Shown here one piece after another: positions 1-11,497 of a stretch of 64,000 bases of DNA. Positions within the stretch are counted from its first letter, which is position 1. Every line of letters starts with the position of its first letter. The position numbers and the translations under genes are program-made. Source of the DNA: Bifidobacterium breve (lineage in GTDB: Bacteria; Actinomycetota; Actinomycetes; Nanopelagicales; Nanopelagicaceae); the NCBI GenBank assembly GCA_945860245.1, contig CAMAPO010000005.1, positions 2,610 to 66,609 of the forward strand, in the 5' to 3' direction. Under the pieces are notes generated by a model, which saw only the letters and a list, made by a program, of their open reading frames with translations, was not told where the DNA came from and made no database searches.

Positions 1-1
1 T

Positions 2-679
2 GATGATGAAGATATTATTGTCGTTGATAAACCTGTGGGATGCGCCGCTCACCCCAGTCCGGGATGGATGGGACCAACTGTTGTCGGCGCGCTCACCGCT
101 GCTGGATACACAATTTCAACGTCAGGTCCGGCGGAAAGAGCAGGAATCGTACATCGCCTTGATGTCGGCACAAGTGGTTTGATGATCGTCGCAAAGAGTG
201 ATCGCGCCTACACAAAGTTGAAAGATGCTTTTCGAGACCGTGAAGTGGAAAAAATTTACCATGCCTTAGTGCAAGGGCATCTGGATCCAATTACCGGAAC
301 TATTGATGCGCCAATAGATCGACATCCGAAAGAAGATCATCGCTTCGCGGTAATCGCTGAAGGCAAAGAGAGCATCACGCATTACGAAGTAATTGAATTT
401 TATAGATCAGTCTCCCTAGTTAAAGTTGAACTTGAAACTGGGCGCACCCATCAAATCCGCGTCCATTTTTCTGCGTTAAATCATCCACTCGTTGGCGATA
501 CAACTTATGGCGCAGATCCAGTCCTCGGTAAATCTCTAAAGATGTCGCGACCTTGGTTACACGCGCTAGAACTTCGCTTCGCTCACCCCGTTACCAAGCA
601 AGCATTGGTTTTTAACGCTCCCTATGCACCTGACCTTCAGGCTTGCTTGGGATTGCTCTCCGATGCGGTTCTGCCGTAA
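2..679 (+). CDS. rluD: RluA-family pseudouridine synthase (RluD-like), 5' end outside window
   Basis: Frame open from base 2 (DDEDIIVVDKP); motifs HRLD and GRTHQIRVH; directly upstream of dnaE as usual in Actinobacteria. Confidence 0.85.
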   Translation, partial: DDEDIIVVDKPVGCAAHPSPGWMGPTVVGALTAAGYTISTSGPAERAGIVHRLDVGTSGLMIVAKSDRAYTKLKDAFRDREVEKIYHALVQGHLDPITGTIDAPIDRHPKEDHRFAVIAEGKESITHYEVIEFYRSVSLVKVELETGRTHQIRVHFSALNHPLVGDTTYGADPVLGKSLKMSRPWLHALELRFAHPVTKQALVFNAPYAPDLQACLGLLSDAVLP

Positions 680-721
680 CTTCGGCCTTCTGACTAGCCC
701 AGAGACTAATATTGAGAAACT

Positions 722-3700
722 GTGACGACTGCAAACCCAACTCCTGTGAGTAAAAAAGACTCTTTCGTGCATCTGCACGTCCATACCGAATATTCAATGC
801 TCGATGGTGCGGCACGGGTGGGCGATTTAGTTGAAGAGGTAGCGCGTCTGGAGATGCCAGCGATAGCTATGACTGACCACGGAAATGTCTTTGGCGCTTT
901 TGAATTTTACAAGCAAGCAAGTAGCGCTGGTGTAAAACCAATTATTGGAATAGAAGCCTACGTTGCGCCAGAATCGCGTTTTGAAAAGAAGCGCGTGCAA
1001 TGGGCTAGCGGTGGAGATGATGATGTCTCTGGCGGCGGCGCATATACGCACATGACGATACTCGCCGAAAATAACCATGGGCTAAAGAATCTATTTCGGC
1101 TCTCTTCTCTGGCTTCGCTTGAAGGCTATTACTACAAGCCGCGCATGGATCGCGAACTACTTTCACAATATGCAGATGGGCTGATTGCAACAACTGGTTG
1201 TCCCGGTGGAGAAATACAGACACGTTTGCGTATGGGAAATTATAAAGACGCCTTACGAGCCGCAAGTGATTACCGCGATATTTTTGGCGCGAGTAATTTC
1301 TTTCTAGAGCTAATGGATCATGGCATAGATGTCGAAACGCGAGTAAAAGAAGACCTCCTTAAATTAGGGCGTGAACTTAAGTTGCCACTACTTGCTACAA
1401 ATGACCTTCACTACACCCACCACGCTGATGCCGCTGCCCACGCGGCGCTGCTCTGTGTGCAATCAGGTTCAACGCTGGCCGATCCCAAGCGCTTTAAATT
1501 CGATAACGATGAATTTTACTTGAAGACACCAGCGCAGATGCGTGAACTTTTCCGCGACCTTCCCGAAGCGTGCGATAACACCTTGCTAATCGCTGAACGT
1601 TGTAACGTTAAATTGCGAGAAGGTGAAAATTTAATGCCTGCCTTCGCTGTCCCAGAAGGAGAAAGCGAAGATAGCTGGCTACGTAAAGAAGCCGAGCGCG
1701 GCCTGGTCGCTAAATTTGGAGATCGCTTAACTGATCAATATAAGGAAAGGTTAAATTACGAATTAGGTGTAATGCTTAAGATGGGCTTTCCTGGCTACTT
1801 CCTCGTTGTAGCCGACTTGGTCTCGTATGCCAAGAAAGTCGGAATCCGCGTCGGGCCTGGTCGTGGTTCAGCAGCTGGCTCACTTGTTGCTTACGTATTA
1901 GGAATCACTGGATTAGATCCAATTGAACATGGACTTTTATTTGAGCGCTTCCTAAATCCAGAACGGATCTCGATGCCTGATATCGATCTGGACTTTGATG
2001 AACGTCGTCGCAACGAAATGATCAAATATGCCACAGAGAAATACGGCGAAGATCGTGTAGCCCAGATCATTACCTATGGCACGATTAAATCAAAGCAATC
2101 AATTAAAGATGCCACGCGCGTACTTGGCTATCCATATGTAATCGGTGAAAAATTAACTAAAGCGCTCCCACCTTCTGTAATGGGTAAAGATATTTCGCTC
2201 TCTGGCATCTTTGATTCTAAAGATCCACGCCACGGCGAAGCTGGTGAATTTCGCGACCTCTATAACTCTGATCCTGATTCAATGAAGGTTGTTGATTTAG
2301 CAAAAGGTTTGGAAGGCCTAAAGCGCCAATGGGGAGTTCATGCCGCTGGTGTCATCCTTTCGCGTGAGCCGCTATTAGATGTCATCCCAATCCATCGCCG
2401 AGAAGCAGATGGCGCGATTATCACCCAATTTGATATGGGTGCATGCGAATCAACTGGTCTGCTCAAGATGGACTTTTTAGGTCTACGTAACTTATCTGTT
2501 TTAGATGATGCGCTCTTAAATATTAAAGAGAACCAAGGCGTTGATGTGGTTCTAGAAGATCTCGTACTTGCTGATCAGAAAACTTTTGAGCTTTTATCGC
2601 GCGGAGATACTCTGGGAGTATTCCAGCTAGACGGTGGACCAATGCGCGCACTCTTGCGGAGCATGGCCCCTGATTCTTTTGCAGATATTTCAGCAGTGAT
2701 CGCGCTTTATCGCCCTGGACCAATGGGAGAGAACGCGCACAATAACTATGCCGATCGTAAGAATGGCCGTAAACCAGTTGAGCCAATCCATCCCGAACTC
2801 TCTGATGTCTTGCAGGAAATACTGGGAGATACCTACGGCTTAATTGTCTACCAAGAGCAAGTAATGGCGATCGCTCAGAAAGTTGCCGGTTTCTCATTGG
2901 GTCGTGCAGATTTATTGCGTAAGGCGATGGGTAAGAAGAATAAAGAGATTCTAGATAAAGAATATGTGCCATTTGAGGCTGGTATGAAAGAGAATGGTTT
3001 CTCAACTGCAGCCATCAAACGTCTGTGGGATGTTCTGATTCCATTCTCGGATTACGCCTTTAACCGCGCACATAGCGCCGGCTATGGAGTCGTCTCTTTC
3101 TGGACTGCATATTTGAAGGCTAACTTCCCAACTGAATATATGGCCGCGCTTTTAACGAGCGTTCGTGATGATAAAGATAAGTCAGCGCTCTATCTATCTG
3201 AGTGTCGTCGAATGGGAATTAAGGTTCTGCCCCCTGATGTAAATGAATCAAATGCCGAGTACACCCCGCGTGGAAAAGATATTCGTTTTGGCCTTGCTGC
3301 GATCAGAAATGTTGGAGAAGGTGTTGTCGCATCGATTAAGGCCTCACGCGTAGCCAAGGGTTCATTTACTTCTTTCGGTGATTTCCTTGCCAAAGTAGAT
3401 GCACAAGTCTGCAATAAGAAGACCATTGAATCTTTGATTAAGGGTGGCGCATTTGATTCGCTGCAACATCCACGTAAAGGTTTGATGTCTATTCACTTGG
3501 AAGCGATTGACTCGGTTATCGAAACAAAGCGCGCTGAGGCGATCGGTCAATTTGATCTATTTGGTGGGGACTCTATGACCCAAGTCGCTGGAGTAGATAT
3601 AGAAATCCCAACTTTCGAATGGGATAAGACAACGTTGCTTACATTTGAACGCGAAATGCTCGGACTCTATGTCTCCGACCATCCGCTGCTAGGGGTCGAA

Positions 3701-4252
3701 CATATACTGCGCTCCAATACTGATATGTCTATCAGCTCTCTGCTAGCCGATGAAAGCACACCAGATGGTTTCGTAACCTTGGGTGGGTTAATAACAGGTG
3801 TGCAACGGAAAGTTTCACGAACGGGATCATCTTGGGCGATCGTCACGTTGGAAGATTTAGAAGGCGCAGTTGAAGTCCTCTTTTTCTCAAATGTGTACAA
3901 CCAATATGCGCTAACTCTGATTGAAGATCGTGTGGTAACTGTGCGCGGGCGCTTTGAGCGCCGCGACGATGTCGTTCGTTTCACCGCCCTTGAAATGAAA
4001 TCACTTGATATCTCAACTGGACCAGTTGGACCGCTCCTGATTTCTCTGCCAATTTCCCAATGCACACCACCAATTGTCGATCGCATGAAGGAGATTCTTC
4101 GCTCACATCCTGGAAAACGTGAGGTCCATATGCAGATCGATGATCAAGGGGTATTTACCACTATGAAAATTGATGCGCTGGTCACAGCATCTCCAAGTTT
4201 GAGCGCTGATCTCAAATCGATTCTTGGGCCAGATTGCCTAGTTCGCATCTAG
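722..4252 (+). CDS. dnaE: DNA polymerase III alpha subunit (DnaE1 type)
   Basis: 1176 aa; PHP motifs HLHVHTEYSMLDG, TDHGN, TNDLHY; PGRGSAAGS and catalytic PDIDLDF; C-terminal OB fold; no intein. Confidence 0.98.
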   Translation: MTTANPTPVSKKDSFVHLHVHTEYSMLDGAARVGDLVEEVARLEMPAIAMTDHGNVFGAFEFYKQASSAGVKPIIGIEAYVAPESRFEKKRVQWASGGDDDVSGGGAYTHMTILAENNHGLKNLFRLSSLASLEGYYYKPRMDRELLSQYADGLIATTGCPGGEIQTRLRMGNYKDALRAASDYRDIFGASNFFLELMDHGIDVETRVKEDLLKLGRELKLPLLATNDLHYTHHADAAAHAALLCVQSGSTLADPKRFKFDNDEFYLKTPAQMRELFRDLPEACDNTLLIAERCNVKLREGENLMPAFAVPEGESEDSWLRKEAERGLVAKFGDRLTDQYKERLNYELGVMLKMGFPGYFLVVADLVSYAKKVGIRVGPGRGSAAGSLVAYVLGITGLDPIEHGLLFERFLNPERISMPDIDLDFDERRRNEMIKYATEKYGEDRVAQIITYGTIKSKQSIKDATRVLGYPYVIGEKLTKALPPSVMGKDISLSGIFDSKDPRHGEAGEFRDLYNSDPDSMKVVDLAKGLEGLKRQWGVHAAGVILSREPLLDVIPIHRREADGAIITQFDMGACESTGLLKMDFLGLRNLSVLDDALLNIKENQGVDVVLEDLVLADQKTFELLSRGDTLGVFQLDGGPMRALLRSMAPDSFADISAVIALYRPGPMGENAHNNYADRKNGRKPVEPIHPELSDVLQEILGDTYGLIVYQEQVMAIAQKVAGFSLGRADLLRKAMGKKNKEILDKEYVPFEAGMKENGFSTAAIKRLWDVLIPFSDYAFNRAHSAGYGVVSFWTAYLKANFPTEYMAALLTSVRDDKDKSALYLSECRRMGIKVLPPDVNESNAEYTPRGKDIRFGLAAIRNVGEGVVASIKASRVAKGSFTSFGDFLAKVDAQVCNKKTIESLIKGGAFDSLQHPRKGLMSIHLEAIDSVIETKRAEAIGQFDLFGGDSMTQVAGVDIEIPTFEWDKTTLLTFEREMLGLYVSDHPLLGVEHILRSNTDMSISSLLADESTPDGFVTLGGLITGVQRKVSRTGSSWAIVTLEDLEGAVEVLFFSNVYNQYALTLIEDRVVTVRGRFERRDDVVRFTALEMKSLDISTGPVGPLLISLPISQCTPPIVDRMKEILRSHPGKREVHMQIDDQGVFTTMKIDALVTASPSLSADLKSILGPDCLVRI

Positions 4253-4306
4253 TTTTAGTAATTCTTAGCTACTGATATTCAAGCGCGGGAGTAATTACCT
4301 AGCCGT

Positions 4307-4312
4307 TAGACT
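4307..4312 (+). promoter_or_regulatory. -10 box (TAGACT) of a probable leaderless his operon transcript
   Basis: TANNNT hexamer 6 nt before the hisD ATG (4319); no SD. Confidence 0.65.
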
Positions 4313-4318
4313 TAACTT

Positions 4319-5626
4319 ATGATTCGCACGCTCGATTTACGTGGCCAAGCCCTAAGCAAGGCGGGCTATCAACGGGCGATCCCACGTGCAGTTCTGGATA
4401 TCGTAACTGCGATACGCGCTATTGAGCCCATTCTGGAACGTGTGAAAAACGGCGATGAAGCAGAACTTTTAAAACTTGCCGAAGAGTTTGATGGGGTAAA
4501 GCCTGAATCAATTCGCGTGAGTCAGCACCAATTGGATACTGCGCTAGCAAATCTAGATCCGGCAGTACGTGCCGCACTAGAACTCTCCATCTCTCGAATT
4601 CGTCAGGTGCATGAAGATCAGAAGCGCACTGATAAGAGCACGACGGTAGTAGATGGTGGGGTTGTCACCGAACGTTGGATTCCCGTCGATCGCGTCGGTT
4701 TATATGTTCCGGGCGGTCGCGCCGTTTATCCAAGTAGCGTTTTAATGAATGTGATTCCAGCGCAGATCGCAGAAGTATCTAGCATCGCAGTTGCTTCGCC
4801 GCCGCAGAAAGAGTTTGGGGGATCGCCACACCCAACAATTTTGGCGGCGTGTGCACTGCTTGGGATAAAAGAGGTTTATGCCATTGGCGGCGCACAGGCG
4901 ATAGCGCTCTTTGCTTATGGCATGGAAGGCCTATCCGAAAAGTGCGATCTGGTTACTGGCCCAGGAAATATTTATGTTGCGGCTGCAAAGCGTGCGCTTC
5001 GTGGTGTTATTGGAATTGATTCCGAGGCGGGACCAACCGAGATTGCGATCTTGGCAGATGAGAGCGCCATTGCCGCCGATGTAGCGGCAGATTTAATTAG
5101 CCAAGCAGAGCACGATGTGATCGCTGCCGCAGTTTTGGTGACCACATCTACTGAATTAGCTGCACAGGTGGCGAGAGAACTGGAAGTTCGAGTCGCTGCC
5201 ACTAAACACAGTGCGCGAATCCGTGAAGCTTTATCTGGTGTTCAATCTGCAATTGTCTTAGTTGACTCGATTTCGCAAGGTATCGATGTAGTTAATGCCT
5301 ATGCCGCCGAACATTTAGAGATTCAAACCTCTAACGCCGCAGTAGATGCGCTAAAGATTCGTAACGCTGGCGCAGTATTTATCGGCAGGTTCTCGCCGGT
5401 GTCACTCGGAGATTATTCTGCTGGATCCAACCACGTGTTACCAACTGGAGGCTGCGCCTGCCACAGCAGCGGACTTTCAGTCCAAACTTTCTTGCGAGGT
5501 ATTCACTACATTGAATACAGCAAAGCAGCATTTGTAGATTTGGTTCCGACTGTCATCACGCTGGCGAATTCGGAAGATTTACCAGCACACGGTGAAGCGA
5601 TGTCTGCGCGTCTGGAGAATTTATGA
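4319..5626 (+). CDS. hisD: Histidinol dehydrogenase
   Basis: [31 protein letters not shown]-like [20 protein letters not shown] motifs. Confidence 0.97.
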   Translation: MIRTLDLRGQALSKAGYQRAIPRAVLDIVTAIRAIEPILERVKNGDEAELLKLAEEFDGVKPESIRVSQHQLDTALANLDPAVRAALELSISRIRQVHEDQKRTDKSTTVVDGGVVTERWIPVDRVGLYVPGGRAVYPSSVLMNVIPAQIAEVSSIAVASPPQKEFGGSPHPTILAACALLGIKEVYAIGGAQAIALFAYGMEGLSEKCDLVTGPGNIYVAAAKRALRGVIGIDSEAGPTEIAILADESAIAADVAADLISQAEHDVIAAAVLVTTSTELAAQVARELEVRVAATKHSARIREALSGVQSAIVLVDSISQGIDVVNAYAAEHLEIQTSNAAVDALKIRNAGAVFIGRFSPVSLGDYSAGSNHVLPTGGCACHSSGLSVQTFLRGIHYIEYSKAAFVDLVPTVITLANSEDLPAHGEAMSARLENL

Positions 5627-6732
5627 GCGATAAGAAATGGCCTGATTGGTTGCCGCTACGCCAAGATCTAAAACCACTTTCTCCATACGGTGCGCCACAA
5701 GTTCCAGCTGATGCGATCTTAAATACCAATGAAAATCCATATGCGCCATCTCCGGCGTTGGCGAAGGCGATCGCTGACCGCACTCATCAAGTCGCACTTA
5801 CCTTAAATCGCTATCCAGATCGTGATGCGCTTGTACTGCGTAATTCGCTAGCCTCCTTTATCAATAACCTTTCTGGCACCTCATTTGATGCCGAGCAAGT
5901 TTGGGCAGCCAATGGCAGTAATGAAATTATTCAGTCACTCTTTATGGCATTTGGTGATAGACCAACACTTGGATTTACACCTTCTTACTCCATGCACCCG
6001 TTGATCGCAAAGGTAATTGGTGTTGAGTGGTGCGATGGGGGACGTCGCGCAGATTTCTCACTCGATATCGTTAAAGCGCTACAGGAAATTTTGGCGGTAA
6101 AGCCTGCGCTAACTTTTATCACCACCCCTAATAATCCAACTGGGACAACTGTGACCTTGGATGAGATTTCTCAGTTAGCCGATGCTGCAGCGAAGGTAAA
6201 TGGCTTATTAGTTGTTGATGAGGCTTATGCCGAGTTCTCAAAGTTGCCATCTGCTGTCACGCTAATTGCGAAATACCCTAACTTGGTTGTTATCCGCACA
6301 ATGAGCAAAGCATTTGCCTTTGCTGGAGCTCGCCTGGGATATTTAATTGCAGATGCTGAAGTTATTTCGACTATGTACTTAGTTCGCCTGCCGTATCACC
6401 TAAGTTCACTAACGCAGGCGGCAGCCGAGGTTGCTCTGGAATTTCAAAGTGAATTATTAGGTACCGTCTCATCACTCATTAAATCCCGTGATTATGTAGC
6501 CACGGAGTTAGCGAAGATGGGCTTGCAAGTAATCGCCAGCCAAGCCAACTTCATCTTATTTACTGGATTTGGCCAGGAACCAGCCCACCTGTGGCGCCTA
6601 CTTCTAGATCGCGGTGTTCTCATTAGAGATGTGGGATTATTAGGACACTTACGTATGACCATTGGCAATGAGGCCGAGAACCAGAAATTTATCGCCGCCC
6701 TGCAAGAGATCTTGAATGGAGAACGCCAATGA
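5623..6732 (+). CDS. hisC: Histidinol-phosphate aminotransferase
   Basis: [34 protein letters not shown]; 4-nt overlap with hisD. Confidence 0.96.
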   Translation: MSDKKWPDWLPLRQDLKPLSPYGAPQVPADAILNTNENPYAPSPALAKAIADRTHQVALTLNRYPDRDALVLRNSLASFINNLSGTSFDAEQVWAANGSNEIIQSLFMAFGDRPTLGFTPSYSMHPLIAKVIGVEWCDGGRRADFSLDIVKALQEILAVKPALTFITTPNNPTGTTVTLDEISQLADAAAKVNGLLVVDEAYAEFSKLPSAVTLIAKYPNLVVIRTMSKAFAFAGARLGYLIADAEVISTMYLVRLPYHLSSLTQAAAEVALEFQSELLGTVSSLIKSRDYVATELAKMGLQVIASQANFILFTGFGQEPAHLWRLLLDRGVLIRDVGLLGHLRMTIGNEAENQKFIAALQEILNGERQ

Positions 6733-7313
6733 GAACAGCCCGCGTAGAACGTAAGACGAAAGAGTCACACGTAATCGTCGAATTAAATTTAGATGGTGAA
6801 GGTGCGATCTCGGTAGATACAGGCGTTCCGTTCTTTGACCATATGCTCTCGCAACTAGGCAAGCACTCCGGTTTTAATTTAACGGTTAAGACCACAGGCG
6901 ATGTTGATGTCGACTCGCACCACACCGTTGAAGATACCTCCTTGGCATTTGGTCAGGCGTTGCGCGAAGCCCTCGGCGATAAGGTTGGAATTCGTCGCTT
7001 TGGTGATGCAATGGTGCCACTTGATGAAGTTCTAGTTCAGGCAGCGGTAGATCTTTCGGGACGCCCATACTTAGTGCACCGCCAACCAGAAATCGTTGAG
7101 TTGATCGGAACATTTGATACCACTCTTGGAAAACATATCTGGGAGTCAATCGTTGCCGAAGCTCGTATCGCACTTCATATCCGCGTGCTTGAGGGGCGTA
7201 ACGCTCACCACGTATTTGAAGCGCAATTTAAAGCAGTAGCTCGCGCACTTCGTGATGCAGTCTCACTTGATGGTGGAATCGCAGGAGTTCCTTCCACAAA
7301 AGGTTCGCTCTAA
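6729..7313 (+). CDS. hisB: Imidazoleglycerol-phosphate dehydratase
   Basis: [33 protein letters not shown]. Confidence 0.98.
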   Translation: MRTARVERKTKESHVIVELNLDGEGAISVDTGVPFFDHMLSQLGKHSGFNLTVKTTGDVDVDSHHTVEDTSLAFGQALREALGDKVGIRRFGDAMVPLDEVLVQAAVDLSGRPYLVHRQPEIVELIGTFDTTLGKHIWESIVAEARIALHIRVLEGRNAHHVFEAQFKAVARALRDAVSLDGGIAGVPSTKGSL

Positions 7314-7315
7314 TA

Positions 7316-7918
7316 GTGATTGCAATCCTTGACTACGGGTCAGGTAATTTACGTTCGGCACAACGCGCCCTTGAACGCAGTGGCTCTGAAGTTGTAGTTA
7401 CATCCGATCGTGACACTGCGCTAAATGCCGCTGGCCTGGTTGTTCCCGGCGTTGGAGCCTTTGCCGCTTGTATGCGTGGATTGGTTGCAATCGGGGGAGA
7501 TGAAATAGTTCGGGCGCGAGTCGCCGCAAAGCGTCCAACGCTTGGTATTTGTGTTGGCATGCAGATTCTCTTTCGCGATGGTGATGAGTATGCAAGTACC
7601 GAACTACATCAGGGCGTAGGAATTTGGCAAGAGAGCATCACCAAGTTAGCTGCGCCGATCTTGCCGCATATGGGATGGAATACCGTTGCAGTTACTGGAC
7701 CATCACAACTCTTCAACGGCGTTGCAGATCAATCTTTCTATTTTGTCCATTCTTATGCCGCTAAATTCAGCGTTGGCTCTGCACAAGGGTGGACAACCTA
7801 CGGCGAGAAATTTCTCAGCGCCGTAGAAGATGGCGCAATCTGCGCTACACAGTTTCACCCTGAGAAATCTGGCGATGCTGGACTTCAATTAATTAAAAAT
7901 TGGGTGGGTTTACTTTGA
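7316..7918 (+). CDS. hisH: Imidazole glycerol phosphate synthase glutaminase subunit
   Basis: [35 protein letters not shown]. Confidence 0.97.
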   Translation: MIAILDYGSGNLRSAQRALERSGSEVVVTSDRDTALNAAGLVVPGVGAFAACMRGLVAIGGDEIVRARVAAKRPTLGICVGMQILFRDGDEYASTELHQGVGIWQESITKLAAPILPHMGWNTVAVTGPSQLFNGVADQSFYFVHSYAAKFSVGSAQGWTTYGEKFLSAVEDGAICATQFHPEKSGDAGLQLIKNWVGLL

Positions 7919-8655
7919 GCACATTAAATTACTTGGAACTTCTGCCTGCGGTAGACGTTAAAGATGGCCGCGCCGTAAGACTGGTGCAAGGTGAACTCGC
8001 ACGCGAGAGCGTTTACGGTCAACCACTTGAAGTCGCTCTAGAATTTCAAGCAGCAGGCGCTGAGTGGTTGCACTTGGTAGATCTTGATGCGGCATTCGGT
8101 CGCGGAGATAACAGCGCAATACTGGCCGAGGTTGTTGGACGTTTAGATATAAAGGTAGAACTCTCTGGTGGTATTCGCGATGATGAGTCGTTAAAACGCG
8201 CACTTGCCACGGGCTGTCGCCGTATAAATCTTGGTACGGCCGCGCTAGAAAACCCTGAATGGACGGCTCGTGTAATTGCAGAGTACGGCGATCGAATCGC
8301 AGTTGGTTTAGATGTACGCGGCCATGTTCTCGCCGCACGTGGTTGGACGAAAGAAGGCGGAGATCTCTTTGAAACTCTGGCGCGTTTAGAAAGTGATGGC
8401 TGTGCCCGCTATGTAGTAACCGATGTGACTAAAGATGGAACCTTACAAGGTCCAAATCTAGATTTACTGCGCGAAGTTTGTAGCGCTACCAAGAAACCAG
8501 TTGTTGCTAGCGGTGGTATCTCATCTTTGGCCGATATCTCTGCGCTATCTGCTTTAAATGAGATCGGCGTTGAAGGCGCAATTGTTGGCAAAGCTTTATA
8601 CGCCGGTGCTTTCACTCTCCAAGAAGCGCTGGCCTTAACAAAGGGCGCTAAATAA
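7915..8655 (+). CDS. priA: Phosphoribosyl isomerase A (bifunctional HisA/TrpF)
   Basis: [29 protein letters not shown]; start placed at TTG 7915 (TTGA overlap with hisH stop); no trpF in the trp cluster. Confidence 0.92.
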   Translation: MSTLNYLELLPAVDVKDGRAVRLVQGELARESVYGQPLEVALEFQAAGAEWLHLVDLDAAFGRGDNSAILAEVVGRLDIKVELSGGIRDDESLKRALATGCRRINLGTAALENPEWTARVIAEYGDRIAVGLDVRGHVLAARGWTKEGGDLFETLARLESDGCARYVVTDVTKDGTLQGPNLDLLREVCSATKKPVVASGGISSLADISALSALNEIGVEGAIVGKALYAGAFTLQEALALTKGAK

Positions 8656-9429
8656 ATGGCGCTCTCAATCCGCATCATCCCTTGCCTAGATGTCACAGAT
8701 GGGCGCGTTGTTAAGGGAGTCAACTTTACCGATCTCGTTGATGCTGGTGATCCGGTCGAGATGGCAAATTTATATAATCTAGAAGGCGCAGATGAGTTAA
8801 CCTTTTTAGATATCTCTGCCAGTAGTTCAGATCGTGAAACTACCTTAGATGTGGTCCGTAAAACTGCTGAGCAAGTCTTTATCCCACTCACTGTGGGCGG
8901 CGGAATCCGCAGCGTTGCAGATGTAGATCGTTTACTACGTGCGGGCGCAGATAAAGTTTCGATAAACACTTCTGCAATCGCCCGGCCCGAGCTAATCGCG
9001 GAAATTGCTGATCGCTTTGGCTCGCAAGTTTTAGTTATTTCAGTTGATGCTCGTCGCGCTCGTACCGAATCAGGATTTGAAGTTACAACGCATGGTGGCC
9101 GCCAGAGCGCAGGTCTTGATGCACTCACTTGGGTTGAGAAAGCTTGCACACTTGGCGCTGGCGAAATTCTTTTAAATTCAATGGATGCCGATGGCACGCG
9201 CGCAGGTTATGACATCGGAATGATTACTGCGGTGCGCGCCATCTCGAATGTCCCACTAATCGCCAGTGGCGGTGCTGGAACTCTCGAAGATTTTGGAGCT
9301 GCTCTTGATGCTGGTGCTGATGCCTTACTTGCAGCGAGCGTATTTCACTTCGGGATTCACCGAATAAGTGATGTAAAGAAGTACTTGAGCGGTCAGGGTT
9401 ATTCCATTCGCAACAACCACAGCGCCTAA
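8656..9429 (+). CDS. hisF: Imidazole glycerol phosphate synthase cyclase subunit
   Basis: [45 protein letters not shown]. Confidence 0.98.
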   Translation: MALSIRIIPCLDVTDGRVVKGVNFTDLVDAGDPVEMANLYNLEGADELTFLDISASSSDRETTLDVVRKTAEQVFIPLTVGGGIRSVADVDRLLRAGADKVSINTSAIARPELIAEIADRFGSQVLVISVDARRARTESGFEVTTHGGRQSAGLDALTWVEKACTLGAGEILLNSMDADGTRAGYDIGMITAVRAISNVPLIASGGAGTLEDFGAALDAGADALLAASVFHFGIHRISDVKKYLSGQGYSIRNNHSA

Positions 9430-9443
9430 GGCAGAATAAGGCT

Positions 9444-9827
9444 ATGGATGCGCAGCTGCCTAGTGATCTACCCGCCGATCTACCTATGGATATTGCAGCG
9501 CGCTTAAAATCTGATCTCGATTTAATTCCTGCGATAGCCCAAGATGCCACGACTGGTGAAGTTTTAATGCTCGCTTATATGAACCGCCACTCCCTAGCTT
9601 TAACTCTAAAGTCGGGACGGGCTACCTACTGGAGCCGTAGTCGCAATGAACTTTGGGAGAAAGGCGCTACCTCAGGACATACTCAAAAAGTTTTAGCGAT
9701 CTCTTTAGATTGCGATGGCGATGCGCTCTTAATAAAAGTTGAACAAGTTGGAGCTGCTTGCCACACCGGCGAGCAAAGTTGTTTTCACAACCCAGTATCC
9801 ATAAACCCTTCTGCAGGTGAGCGTTAA
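9444..9827 (+). CDS. hisI: Phosphoribosyl-AMP cyclohydrolase
   Basis: [32 protein letters not shown]; no HisE domain. Confidence 0.96.
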   Translation: MDAQLPSDLPADLPMDIAARLKSDLDLIPAIAQDATTGEVLMLAYMNRHSLALTLKSGRATYWSRSRNELWEKGATSGHTQKVLAISLDCDGDALLIKVEQVGAACHTGEQSCFHNPVSINPSAGER

Positions 9828-11323
9828 TGCAACGTTCTGAATTTCAGGAGTATGCCAAGAGTTTTAATGTAATTCCGGTCTACCGTAAACTTCTTGCAGA
9901 TGGTGAAACTCCAATCGGTATTTATCGCAAGTTAGCTAAGAACGCATCATCTACATTTCTATTGGAATCAGCCGAACACGGGGGAGCTTGGTCACGTTAC
10001 TCATTTATTGGCGCAAATAGCCAAGCAACTTTAAGCGAGAGAGATGGAAAAGCGATTTGGGTCGGGACAACACCAGCAGGTGCCCCAGTTGGAATAGATC
10101 CGCTTGAAGCGTTAAGACTTTCGGCGGCACATTTACGCTCGCCCAAGATCACAGGTCTTCCACCACTTACCGGCGGTTTAGTCGGTTATTTAGGTTATGA
10201 CTCGGTTCGTCGCCTAGAAAAACTTCCATCTCTTGGAAAGAAAGATATTGATCTACCTGAATTAGCATTTATGTTAACCAGCGATCTTGCGGTAATGGAT
10301 CACGCGGAGGGAACAGTCACCTTAATTGCCAACGCTATTAATTGGGACGGAACCGGAGCGCGCGTCGATCAGGCTTATGACGATGCGCAATCACGTTTAG
10401 ATCGAATGCAGAAAGATCTCGCGGGATCACTTCCTGGATTTGTCGCCGAATTAGCTCAGAAGATCGAACCGAAATTTACAAGAAATATAACGGGGGATGA
10501 GTACAAGGCAAAGATTGCGCTGGCTAAGGAAGAGATTTTGGCGGGGGAAGCCTTCCAGATAGTTCTCTCACAGCGCTTTGCCATGGAATGCAATGCAGAT
10601 GCTTTAGATGTTTATCGAATGCTGCGCTTACACAATCCGAGCCCATATATGTATCTATTTAGATTTACCGATGGCGTTGAAGTTGTTGGTTCTAGCCCAG
10701 AAGCGCTAGTTAAAGTCACCGGCAAAGAGGTAATGGTCCATCCAATTGCAGGTACCCGAAAACGTTCAGATTCAGCAGAAGAAGATCACCGCCTAGGTGA
10801 AGAGTTATTGGCAGATCCTAAAGAACGCGCCGAACATTTGATGTTGGTAGATCTTGGTCGCAACGATTTAGGACGCATTTGTTCACCAGGAAGTGTGGAA
10901 GTTATTGATTTTATGCACATTGAGCGGTACTCACATGTAATGCATATCGTCTCAACGGTAATCGGAGAGTTATCTGAAAAATCTTCACCAGTTGATGCAC
11001 TCTTCGCTGTCTTTCCAGCCGGAACCCTCTCAGGTGCCCCAAAACCGCGGGCGATGGAAATCATTGAAGAGTTAGAACCAACTCGCCGCGGTTTATATGG
11101 AGGCGCAATTGGCTACTTGGATTTCACCGGCAATATCGATACTTGCATCGCAATTCGTACCGCACTTATTTATAAGAAGGTGGCCTATGTTCAAGCCGGT
11201 GCTGGAGTCGTTGCTGACTCGGATCCCGAATCAGAGAATCAAGAGTGTTTAAATAAGGCAGCGGCCGTTTTGGGAGCGATTAGCGCTGCAAATAAATTAT
11301 CTAGCGGAAGCAAAGTCACTTAG
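9827..11323 (+). CDS. trpE: Anthranilate synthase component I
   Basis: LLES, GEAFQIVLSQR, NPSPYMY, PIAGT, KERAEHLMLVDLGRND, PAGTLSGAPK, QAGAGVV. Confidence 0.97.
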   Translation: MQRSEFQEYAKSFNVIPVYRKLLADGETPIGIYRKLAKNASSTFLLESAEHGGAWSRYSFIGANSQATLSERDGKAIWVGTTPAGAPVGIDPLEALRLSAAHLRSPKITGLPPLTGGLVGYLGYDSVRRLEKLPSLGKKDIDLPELAFMLTSDLAVMDHAEGTVTLIANAINWDGTGARVDQAYDDAQSRLDRMQKDLAGSLPGFVAELAQKIEPKFTRNITGDEYKAKIALAKEEILAGEAFQIVLSQRFAMECNADALDVYRMLRLHNPSPYMYLFRFTDGVEVVGSSPEALVKVTGKEVMVHPIAGTRKRSDSAEEDHRLGEELLADPKERAEHLMLVDLGRNDLGRICSPGSVEVIDFMHIERYSHVMHIVSTVIGELSEKSSPVDALFAVFPAGTLSGAPKPRAMEIIEELEPTRRGLYGGAIGYLDFTGNIDTCIAIRTALIYKKVAYVQAGAGVVADSDPESENQECLNKAAAVLGAISAANKLSSGSKVT

Positions 11324-11497
11324 ATGTCTGACCTTGCTCCTATTCTATTTTCTCTCGTTGTAATTATTGCACTCGTCTATCTAATTTCGCGCCGCTTCAA
11401 TATTTCATCACGATATGAGCGTAAGCAAAAGATTCATACTCCTTGGAGCGCGCTCGATAATGGAATAGACCCGAGTAGCGACGGTGGCGAAAAGTGA
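11324..11497 (+). CDS. 57-aa single-TM protein; miniaturised trp-region conserved membrane protein (TIGR02234/Rv1610-like C-terminal core)
   Basis: Hand translation MSDLAPILFSLVVIIALVYLISRRFNISSRYERKQKIHTPWSALDNGIDPSSDGGEK; ATG abuts trpE stop, TGA overlaps trpC GTG by 4 nt; below ORF-track cutoff. Confidence 0.85.
   Translation: MSDLAPILFSLVVIIALVYLISRRFNISSRYERKQKIHTPWSALDNGIDPSSDGGEK

Noticed and set aside
722-4252. Possible intein or unusual domain in DnaE (also SufB)
   Set aside because: Lengths and motifs are canonical; intact PHP metal ligands match the known actinobacterial proofreading DnaE1
8653-8658. In-frame stop-start junctions (priA/hisF, trpE/mini-ORF, uvrA/uvrC) as possible readthrough fusions
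   Set aside because: Zero-gap junctions are expected from streamlining; no readthrough signal seen
8409-9197. 262-aa antisense ORF across priA/hisF
   Set aside because: Shadow of two in-frame sense genes; no recognisable motifs or expression signals
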